DNA of 51,875 bases from positions 1-51,875 of the IMG/VR virus record IMGVR_UViG_3300045996_000640. One strand, written 5' to 3'. Below are positions 46,001 through 51,875 of the stretch, one piece after another. A program made the position numbers and the translations under genes. The DNA comes from a virus (lineage: Duplodnaviria; Caudoviricetes). Positions within the stretch are counted from its first letter, which is position 1, and each line of letters starts with the position of its first letter. The notes beneath the pieces were generated by a model. The model did no database searches. It was not told the origin of the DNA and worked only from the letters and a program-made list of their open reading frames with translations.

Positions 46001-46348
46001 ACTGAGCTCGAGGCGGCGGCTGCCATACTGAGCGATGGCGACGCGCTCTTAGTCGTGCTCAGCGAAACCGATAGCGCGGCCGTATTCCTTTCGGATATCG
46101 AAACGCTAACCGCGATCCTGGCGATCGACGAAAGCAAAACGAGCTATACGTATGGATTCGATCCGGCGCGCGTCATTCGCGCCGGGCGCGGGTATGCGAT
46201 CGTATACGCGGGCCGCCCAGGAACGCCGCGACTTGCAGGCGGGCCGGATTCGATCCTGGCAATCGAGGCGGGCCGCGAGCTCGACAATATCGACGGCGGC
46301 CGATCAGGCGGGCCGCAAACAGCCGAAGGGGGCCGCAATGTCTTTTAG
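43055..46348 (+). CDS. Large virion fibre-like protein: N-terminal beta-rich head + 20-aa acidic repeat stalk
   Basis: AQSFT...PGT.IAT...L.SGTKYW module, Asp-box STNDGVSW, about 24 DT(D/E)TIAPTLSE repeats. Confidence 0.85.
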   Translation: MAPVTVLANSRNSYYSAGNIGWSATSAFAYRTHLQQLIGTAATSFGNTVATERFAQSFTPTANVSLTEFMVAIFKAGTPTDNLSLAVYAETTDAPGTLIATAANVYTGANISTSASWLEFGFSTPVALTSGTKYWFALYRSGAVDGTNYYRIMRTTTSAYAGHGSTYYDTGAWSGFVDPDVDVAFQLKVVTPSALYQLAQDTGVSPKLRMFKSTNDGVSWSEVDSANAPSVNAGTAPFDGCDTRSGPYIGAAYFIDADSIRMRAFNMSSDTWGGDLQSADATGAVTASQERSIRVAIDNRFVTASHGSQYIQFTSLADDADLGFTTRSTIAWTANATAVFSGNTTEASLNSAVVVDKAPHGYVHRFYYDPVGDDYTMISVNFGTTGIATDIEAAATSTETGHISACYQIYQNGSGVDTIVAAYMDNLSVKERILTLEATSASVAMAAEAETNINTGAAGRQVSTCSFNGTRYVAANVSGAVFQYSTSTVAGTWSSASNFKTGLTSATLSNVLSIEGYGLLVSYTDNGDTKVDWIVAPSGGSTPVNDTDTIAPTLSEADTLAAAIPDTETIAPTLTEVEAVSKVTSDTETIAPTLSEADTVAVALSDTDTIAPTLTEAEAISITKDDTDTIAPTLSEAETLTAAIPETETIAPTLSEVEAVSKLTNDADTIAPTIAEAESLAATASDAESITPTLSEADTVARTGSDTDTLAPTLTEVDTVAITAVDVDTIAPTLAEVDSATITLSDTETVAPGLSEADSVAAVLSDTETIAPTLSESESYSEGVTPKDDTETISPTLAEVDTVTVAVTDSDTISPTLTEVENTAQAHNDADTISPTLTEAETLTAAISEAETIAPILGEGDALTAALSETDTIAPVLSELEIVGQSKSDTDTIAPTLSEVESYDDGVTLVNDSDTIAPTLSEAETLTATAAETETIAPTLTESESVLKEIPKNDTDTIAPTLSETELLAAAIADADTIAAIITELEAAAAILSDGDALLVVLSETDSAAVFLSDIETLTAILAIDESKTSYTYGFDPARVIRAGRGYAIVYAGRPGTPRLAGGPDSILAIEAGRELDNIDGGRSGGPQTAEGGRNVF
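44690..46130. repeat. About 24 tandem 60-bp (20-aa) coding repeats
   Basis: ACGATCGCGCC(C/G)ACGCT recurring every 60 bp. Confidence 0.95.
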
Positions 46349-46676
46349 TAAAACGCCGCTACACGTTTTCCCGTATTCCGTGCCGCTCGCGCCGGGCGAT
46401 ATCGAGCCGATCCCGATCGATCCGCAATTCCCGATTACCGGCACGCCAACCGCAACGTTGATCGACAGCGGAACCGGCATTGCCGTTACGCCCGCGCCTG
46501 CCGTTTCGCTCGGCGATACCATTACCGGCAGCGGCGCGTATCCCGAAGATCGCCCGGAGGTTATCTGCACCGTAACCGGGCCGCCCGTGGGGCTCTACGC
46601 GCTGCGGGTAACGTTCGTCGGGCAAACAGGGCGAATCTGGTCGATCCTGCTCGCGATCCCGTCGAGCGATCGCTGA
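46338..46676 (+). CDS. Small beta-rich protein (possible fibre adaptor)
   Basis: GAAGGGGG RBS; G.Y.L.VT....G motif. Confidence 0.7.
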   Translation: MSFSKTPLHVFPYSVPLAPGDIEPIPIDPQFPITGTPTATLIDSGTGIAVTPAPAVSLGDTITGSGAYPEDRPEVICTVTGPPVGLYALRVTFVGQTGRIWSILLAIPSSDR

Positions 46677-46721
46677 TCGAAGTAAATACGGGAATTCCTT
46701 TATGCGCGGAGGGCGCGGGTT

Positions 46722-47204
46722 ATGACAGCACGAAAGCCGGGCCGTAAATCGGCGCTCGACACGCACGCCGAGCAAATCGCCGAAGTGATCCGGCACATAC
46801 GCAACGGGCACAAGCACAAACGCGCATGCGCCGCCGCTGGTATGAACTTTCAGACATTCGAGAACCTATGCAGCAAAGGCCGGAAACCCGACGCCGACGA
46901 TCGGCATAGGGCGCTCGCCGAGGCAGCCGATACCGCCGCCGAGGCCGGGCTAGTGAACCGGGTTGCAATGATCGAAATGCACGGGTTCGACGATTGGCGC
47001 GCGCTCGCCTGGTTGGTCGCGCGGCAGGATCCCGAGCGGTACGGCGCGGTTCGCACGGTTCGCCTCGGCGGCGATCCCGACGGCGTGCCGGTCAAGACGG
47101 AAACGGCGAGCTCGATCGATTTCACCGGATGGGAACCGTCGCGCATCGCCGCCTATATCGAACTGGTCGAGGGTAGCGGCGAGGTCGAGCTCGAGGACGA
47201 ATGA
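46722..47204 (+). CDS. terS: Terminase small subunit
   Basis: GRKS.L....I...IRNG.....AC..AG..., DWRA.AWL..R..PERYG; upstream of TerL. Confidence 0.85.
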   Translation: MTARKPGRKSALDTHAEQIAEVIRHIRNGHKHKRACAAAGMNFQTFENLCSKGRKPDADDRHRALAEAADTAAEAGLVNRVAMIEMHGFDDWRALAWLVARQDPERYGAVRTVRLGGDPDGVPVKTETASSIDFTGWEPSRIAAYIELVEGSGEVELEDE

Positions 47205-47275
47205 ACGTTTGCGATCACTGTATCGACGAAACGCTATTTTGCCCAATCTGCACGTCTGATTATGACGAGGATTAG
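47201..47275 (+). CDS. 24-aa CxxC-CxxC micro-protein
   Basis: MNVCDHCIDETLFCPICTSDYDED; GAGG RBS, ATGA overlap, fills the TerS-TerL gap. Confidence 0.55.
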   Translation: MNVCDHCIDETLFCPICTSDYDED

Positions 47276-47278
47276 GGC

Positions 47279-48703
47279 ATGAACGCGCAGCTAAACGCGA
47301 ACGTTCGCGCCGCCCGGCAAGCGTTGCGGCGTACCGATCTGATCGCCTTTACCAAGCGCATGTATCCGGGCTATCAGGCGGGCAAGATTCACCGCGACAT
47401 TGCCGATTTCCTGCACCGTGCCGAAACCGTGCCGAACTTTCGCGGCGTGTTGGTCGTGCCGCCCAGGTTCGGCAAATCCGAGCTCGCATCGGTGCAATTT
47501 CCGAGCTACTACCTGGGGCGGCATCCTGATCGGGAAATCATCGCCGCGAGCCATACACAGGATCTAACGAATCATTTCAGCCGCCGCGCCCGGCGCAACG
47601 TGCAATCGCGCGCGTATTACCCGTTTCCCGAGGTCGCGATCGCTGGCGACGCAAGCGCGGTCGAGCAATGGGAAGTAGAAGCCGACGGGTACCGGCGGCG
47701 CGGCCGGTATCAGGGCGTCGGCGTCGGCGGATCACCGGCCGGGCGCGGCGCGAATGTGCTGCTGGTCGATGATCCGGTAAAAAATGCGAAATCGGCGGAA
47801 AGCCTGGTCGACCGCGAAACCGCGTGGGAATGGTTTCGGCGCGACATGCTTACCCGCCTGCAACCCGAGGCGAGCGCGGTCGTGATCGGTACCCGCTGGC
47901 ATTGGGATGATCTGATCGGCCGCATTATCAAATCCAATCAGGAGGAAGATCGTTGGGAAATCCTGCATTTCCCGGCATTGCTCGCCGACGGAACCTCACT
48001 CGATCCCGAGCGATGGCCGATCGGCGATCTGATGGAACGGCGGAAAGACGTGGGCGAACGGGTTTGGGACGCGCTCTATCAGGGCGTACCAACCGCCGAC
48101 GAAGGCGCGATCCTCAAACGGGCATGGTTTCCGCTTTACACGGAATTACCCGAAGGCATCCTCTATACGATCCAATCATGGGATACGGCATTCAAGGGCG
48201 GCGAGCTCAACGATTACAGCGTGTGCCATACCTACGCGGTCACGGTGTACGGGCTATTCCTGGTAAGCCGCTTCAAAGGGCAGCCGGATTACCCCGACCT
48301 CGAGCGGCAAGCCGAAAGCCTGTACGCGCAATTCAAGCCGTCGAAGGTCTATATCGAGGATAAGGGTAGCGGGCAATCGCTCATACAATCGCTGCGGAAA
48401 AACCCGCGCCATAAAATCCCGGTGATCCCGGTTCCGGTTCCGCCTGGCGAGGGAAAAATCAAACGAGCGCACGACGCAACGCCTATCCTCGAGGGGCAAC
48501 GGGTGTACCTGCCAGCATGGGCACCGTGGACGGATGACACGCTCGCCGAGTTTACGGCGTTCCCGCTGGGCGTTCACGATGACGAAGTAGACGCTATGAT
48601 ACAGGCAGTATTGCGGGAATTCGGCGATCCGGCCGTACCGCGATTGGTTTCCTCGACGTACACGCAAACCGACGATCCAAACGCATACCCGGTGAGGGAA
48701 TGA
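47279..48703 (+). CDS. terL: Terminase large subunit
   Basis: Walker A PPRFGKS, Walker B LLVDDP, GTRWH, nuclease SWDTA...D.S...IEDKGSG...HDDEVDA. Confidence 0.97.
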   Translation: MNAQLNANVRAARQALRRTDLIAFTKRMYPGYQAGKIHRDIADFLHRAETVPNFRGVLVVPPRFGKSELASVQFPSYYLGRHPDREIIAASHTQDLTNHFSRRARRNVQSRAYYPFPEVAIAGDASAVEQWEVEADGYRRRGRYQGVGVGGSPAGRGANVLLVDDPVKNAKSAESLVDRETAWEWFRRDMLTRLQPEASAVVIGTRWHWDDLIGRIIKSNQEEDRWEILHFPALLADGTSLDPERWPIGDLMERRKDVGERVWDALYQGVPTADEGAILKRAWFPLYTELPEGILYTIQSWDTAFKGGELNDYSVCHTYAVTVYGLFLVSRFKGQPDYPDLERQAESLYAQFKPSKVYIEDKGSGQSLIQSLRKNPRHKIPVIPVPVPPGEGKIKRAHDATPILEGQRVYLPAWAPWTDDTLAEFTAFPLGVHDDEVDAMIQAVLREFGDPAVPRLVSSTYTQTDDPNAYPVRE

Positions 48704-48704
48704 C

Positions 48705-50132
48705 ATGCCGCAACCGCTACGATTAACGCATGAGGCGATCGACGCCGAGCGCAAGGCGTATTTCCCGTCGGGTACTGACATTCGGAAATTCCGGCAGTAT
48801 GCGGCAGGCGATCAGGTTAAAAACCTCAACGCCGATATGCGCGCTATTCTCGGCAGTCAACGCAATAACAACACGGCCGATAACGTGCTCGATCTTGTCT
48901 TGCGCACGACGGCGGGCCGCCTGAATTTCGAAGGGTGGACAGTTACCGATCCTCGGGTACTCGCCCAGGGCGAGCCGCAGCCGGAAAACCGATCGGCCGA
49001 GGCCGATGCCGTTCAGCAATTCCTCGAAACGTTCTATCTGAAATCGCGCATATCCGGGCTGCAATTCGATACGCATTACGCGACGCTGCGCGACGGCGTT
49101 ACCGCGCTTTCGCTGCGATGGAAACCGGGCGCGACGGCAACCGATCCCGGCCGCCCGACCGCGCACCGCGAAAACTGGTGGGATGGGCGCACGGGCGTAT
49201 TCGTCGGGTTCGATGAATTCGACGAGCCCGCCTATGCGGTCAAGGATTGGCGCGAAACGATCGACGGCCGCGAGCGCGATCGCCGCACGGTCTACTATCC
49301 CGATGCGATCTATCGATTTATCAAGGACGGCGGTTGGCAGCCGTACCGCTTGCCTGGCGATCCCGAAGGGCCGTTTATTCCGTGGGTTCGTGCCGACGGT
49401 ACGCCGCTCGGGTTGCCGATCATTCCGTTTGCGAACGCGGTTGCCGATTCCGGTATGTACGGCCGATCGGATATCAAAGGGTTGCTTGGCATTCAGGACG
49501 ATATCAATCAGATCGGCGTCGATATCACGGCGGCCGCTATGTTCGCCGGGTTCCAAATGTATTTCGCGTCGGGGCTCGAGATTCCCGAAGGTTCCGGGCA
49601 AGTCGGGCCGGGCCGTATCCTGAGCTCGCCCGATCCCGCCTCACGTATGACGGCGATCCCGCCTGGGCCTATGGATTCGCTGATCGAATCCTACGAAAGC
49701 AAGCGGCAAACGATCGCGATCGACACGGCGACGCCGATGCACATTATCGGCGGCGATTGGCCGAGCGGCGAGGCGTTGCTACGTTCGGAAATGCCGCTGG
49801 TCGATAAGGTAACGCGCCTCGGCGCGGTGCTCGCGCCGTCGTGGACATTGCTCGCGCATCGGGCAACCGAGCTCGCAAACCGATTCGGCGGGCTGAGCCT
49901 CAACGAAAACGCGCCGATCACGGTCAATTACGCCGCGCCTGAGCATTTGGATGAGCTCACCGAAATTCAGGTTAAGTCGGCAACGGTCGATCTGTACGCG
50001 AAACTCGCAAATATCAGCGATCCCGAATTGCTGGTCAAAACCGGGCTAGTGACGCAAGCCGAGGCCGCCGCGATGATCGCGGCGCGAGCCCAGCGCGCCC
50101 AGGCGTTTATGACTGAGGAGGCCGCATTCTAA
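48705..50132 (+). CDS. Portal protein (SPP1 gp6-like)
   Basis: Follows TerL; LG.PII.F.N....GRSDI...IQD.IN; PSGEAL...E.PL..K. Confidence 0.92.
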   Translation: MPQPLRLTHEAIDAERKAYFPSGTDIRKFRQYAAGDQVKNLNADMRAILGSQRNNNTADNVLDLVLRTTAGRLNFEGWTVTDPRVLAQGEPQPENRSAEADAVQQFLETFYLKSRISGLQFDTHYATLRDGVTALSLRWKPGATATDPGRPTAHRENWWDGRTGVFVGFDEFDEPAYAVKDWRETIDGRERDRRTVYYPDAIYRFIKDGGWQPYRLPGDPEGPFIPWVRADGTPLGLPIIPFANAVADSGMYGRSDIKGLLGIQDDINQIGVDITAAAMFAGFQMYFASGLEIPEGSGQVGPGRILSSPDPASRMTAIPPGPMDSLIESYESKRQTIAIDTATPMHIIGGDWPSGEALLRSEMPLVDKVTRLGAVLAPSWTLLAHRATELANRFGGLSLNENAPITVNYAAPEHLDELTEIQVKSATVDLYAKLANISDPELLVKTGLVTQAEAAAMIAARAQRAQAFMTEEAAF

Positions 50133-50839
50133 TGCGTGGATTAGGGCGATTAGCACCGAGCGATTACGAACACGTCGAGAAATACCCGCTGCGCGCGATC
50201 ATGCCGCGCACGGTCGATACCGTCGAGCGGGTGCTATCGCTGCCGAGCCCGCAACGCTATCGGATCCTGCACGATCAACCCGACGGTTCTTGCGTCGGGT
50301 ATTCGCTTTCGTGGTGTATGTCGATCCTTAACCGCCGACTGTATGCGGCGCATTGGTTGTATGAGGAAGCGCAGCGCCGCGACGAATGGCCTGGCGAATA
50401 TCCGGCATACGAAGGTACGAGCGTTCGCGCCGGGCTCGACGTGCTACGCGAAACCGGGCACAGGCGGATCTATCGCGGGCAAACGCGGGATTCCAATTAC
50501 GCCGACGGGATCGAGGCGTTTCGCTGGGCGCAATCGGTCGACGAAATACGAACCTCGATCGCCGAGGGCGTGCCGGTCGATTTGGGCATCGATTGGTTTG
50601 ATTCGTTCGATCGCCCGGAACGGCGCGGCCGGGAATGGTGGATGCCCGCGCCGTCGGGCCGGATCATCGGCGGGCATGCCATTTGCTGCTACGGCGCATC
50701 CGATCGGCGGCAAGCGGTTCGCCTGGTGAATACCTGGGGGCTCGAATACCCGCTGGTATGGGTTCCGTACAATCTGATCGAGCGATTGCTCGCCGGGTTC
50801 GATTTCCCAGGCGAGGCCGCCGTTATCACCGATCGCTGA
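50132..50839 (+). CDS. Papain-like (C1A) cysteine peptidase
   Basis: DQ..GSCVG (Gln/Cys), GGHAI (His), NTWG (Asn). Confidence 0.9.
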   Translation: MRGLGRLAPSDYEHVEKYPLRAIMPRTVDTVERVLSLPSPQRYRILHDQPDGSCVGYSLSWCMSILNRRLYAAHWLYEEAQRRDEWPGEYPAYEGTSVRAGLDVLRETGHRRIYRGQTRDSNYADGIEAFRWAQSVDEIRTSIAEGVPVDLGIDWFDSFDRPERRGREWWMPAPSGRIIGGHAICCYGASDRRQAVRLVNTWGLEYPLVWVPYNLIERLLAGFDFPGEAAVITDR

Positions 50840-50851
50840 AAGGATCGACCA

Positions 50852-50926
50852 ATGTTTCGTGCAATCGGAATCGCCGCCGTTGTCGGGTTCCTGCTATTCG
50901 TCGCGTTCCTTTTCTGGATTTTCTAA
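50852..50926 (+). CDS. 24-aa TM peptide
   Basis: GAAAGGA RBS; MFRAIGIAAVVGFLLFVAFLFWIF. Confidence 0.55.
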   Translation: MFRAIGIAAVVGFLLFVAFLFWIF

Positions 50927-50932
50927 GCCGCG

Positions 50933-51022
50933 ATGATCTATTGCGCCTGGGCGATCATGGCGGCGCTGCCGTGCGCGCTCGCGATCCTGGGCGCGTACGC
51001 CGCGTTTCGTTACGGCACTTGA
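50933..51022 (+). CDS. 29-aa hydrophobic peptide
   Basis: MIYCAWAIMAALPCALAILGAYAAFRYGT; weak RBS. Confidence 0.4.
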   Translation: MIYCAWAIMAALPCALAILGAYAAFRYGT

Positions 51023-51048
51023 CAGATAGTACCGGCAGGGCATACTAT
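51019..51048 (+). promoter_or_regulatory. Sigma70-like promoter P9
   Basis: TTGACA-GATAGTACCGGCAGGGCA-TACTAT. Confidence 0.8.
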
Positions 51049-51100
51049 CCGTGTATGAGGTTGATCGATCGGCGATCACCAAACGCACGAAGGGTTCAGC

Positions 51101-51301
51101 ATGGAGCGAATGACACGCGAGCGCATACGCCGGTTGTATGGGCTAAAGCCGCTCGGCAACTGCGCCGCCGAGGTTAAATCGTTTGAGGATTGGTCGACGC
51201 CGCGCACATGCTGGCGTCGCGCAACGACGATCGTTGACGGGCGCGAGCTCTGCACGCAACACGCCGACATAGCGCGGCGCGAACAGGCGGCGAGCAAATG
51301 A
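51101..51301 (+). CDS. Small Cys/His protein
   Basis: Start motif at 51092; C...C...C..H. Confidence 0.75.
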   Translation: MERMTRERIRRLYGLKPLGNCAAEVKSFEDWSTPRTCWRRATTIVDGRELCTQHADIARREQAASK

Positions 51302-51486
51302 CACGGGCGAAATCCAATCATGTGCAATGCGTCGAGGCGTGCGGCGATCGATACCCGGATCAAGCCGATTCGCTCGGGTTCGATAAGTGTTGCGATACGT
51401 GCGACGAAAAATACGCGGCGGGCAAGGAACCGGGCGGCGACCTGCTCGCCGATCTTGCGGCCGAACGATCCGAGGCGGGCGAATGA
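51298..51486 (+). CDS. Small Cys-rich protein
   Basis: ATGA overlaps at both ends; CxxxC...CCxxC. Confidence 0.7.
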   Translation: MTRAKSNHVQCVEACGDRYPDQADSLGFDKCCDTCDEKYAAGKEPGGDLLADLAAERSEAGE

Positions 51487-51875
51487 GCGTACGTGTATTG
51501 GTTGGCGACGTGCGCGAACGCCTCGCCGAGATTCCCGACGCCTCGATTCAGTGTTGCGTGACCTCGCCGCCGTACTTCGGGCTGCGCGACTACGGCACGG
51601 CGGCATGGGCTGGCGGCGATCCCGATTGCGACCACAAGCCGACATTTACGCCGCGATCCGAACGACCAAACCCGACAGGATCGAGGGTCGGCGCAGGCGG
51701 AACGTACAACGACAAGCAAGACGAAGGCGCGAAAGCCTACCGGGACGTGTGCGGGAAGTGCGGGGCGGTGCGGCAGGATCGGCAAATCGGGCTCGAGGCG
51801 ACGCTGGCCGAGTACGTGCAAACGCTGGTCGCGGTGTTTCGGGATGTGCGGCGCGTGCTACGGGATGACGGCGTG
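51483..51875 (+). CDS. DNA methyltransferase, 5' part (continues at 128-895 on the circle)
   Basis: MSVRVLVGDV..RL..IPD.SIQCCVTSPPYFGLRDYG; CDH...CGKC insert; in frame with ORF 20-895. Confidence 0.93.
   Translation, partial: MSVRVLVGDVRERLAEIPDASIQCCVTSPPYFGLRDYGTAAWAGGDPDCDHKPTFTPRSERPNPTGSRVGAGGTYNDKQDEGAKAYRDVCGKCGAVRQDRQIGLEATLAEYVQTLVAVFRDVRRVLRDDGV
51749..51875. repeat. Terminal overlap (copy 2)
   Basis: Identical to 1-127. Confidence 0.97.

Noticed and set aside
44690-46130. CRISPR-like array of regular repeats
   Set aside because: Repeats are in-frame, degenerate at synonymous positions, lack unique spacers, and no cas genes are present
5436-49601. Long minus-strand ORFs (e.g. 6246-7196, 8610-9449, 16635-17561, 25800-26825, 44620-46137, 48723-49601)
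   Set aside because: Shadows of + strand genes in GC-rich DNA, with no motifs or RBS noticed
2521-51101. GGTTC motifs as tRNA T-arms or tRNA fragments
   Set aside because: No cloverleaf or closing T-stem seen; copies are tied to start codons
51749-51875. Biological direct terminal repeat
   Set aside because: 127 bp equals a common assembler k-mer and it falls mid-gene; it shows circularity or permutation, not physical ends

Overview
The window is a complete, circularly assembled genome of a tailed dsDNA (siphovirus-like) phage, 51,748 bp unique. Positions 51749-51875 exactly repeat 1-127. It is GC-rich (roughly 63-65% by eye), and essentially every credible gene is on the + strand. Gene order: two tandem DNA methyltransferases; a MuF head protein fused to an ADP-ribosyltransferase-like domain, followed by a small Cys/His partner; small promoter-driven genes; scaffold, decoration and capsid genes; head-tail genes; major tail protein; tail chaperone with a probable +1 frameshift; tape measure; distal tail genes; a two-domain endolysin and membrane proteins; an early/replication region (ParB, DUF4326, Sak/Rad52-like annealing protein, HTH replication initiator with internal iterons, clamp-like protein, XRE HTH, VRR-NUC, NDT-like); a second virion module with a 20-aa-repeat protein; TerS, TerL, portal; and a papain-like peptidase. 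I recognised no integrase, divergent repressor, polymerase, helicase, tRNA or CRISPR array. The most striking unexplained signal is a genome-wide cis-regulatory pattern. At least 21 non-structural genes have GGGTTCAG 1-3 nt before the start codon. These genes sit in repeated units of [terminator]-[conserved sigma70-like promoter]-[5' hairpin]-motif-gene 1-[GC hairpin]-motif-gene 2. The host is unknown; a monoderm high-GC bacterium (possibly Chloroflexota/Thermomicrobia or Actinomycetota) is only an inference. All family assignments come from motif recognition by eye, not database searches.
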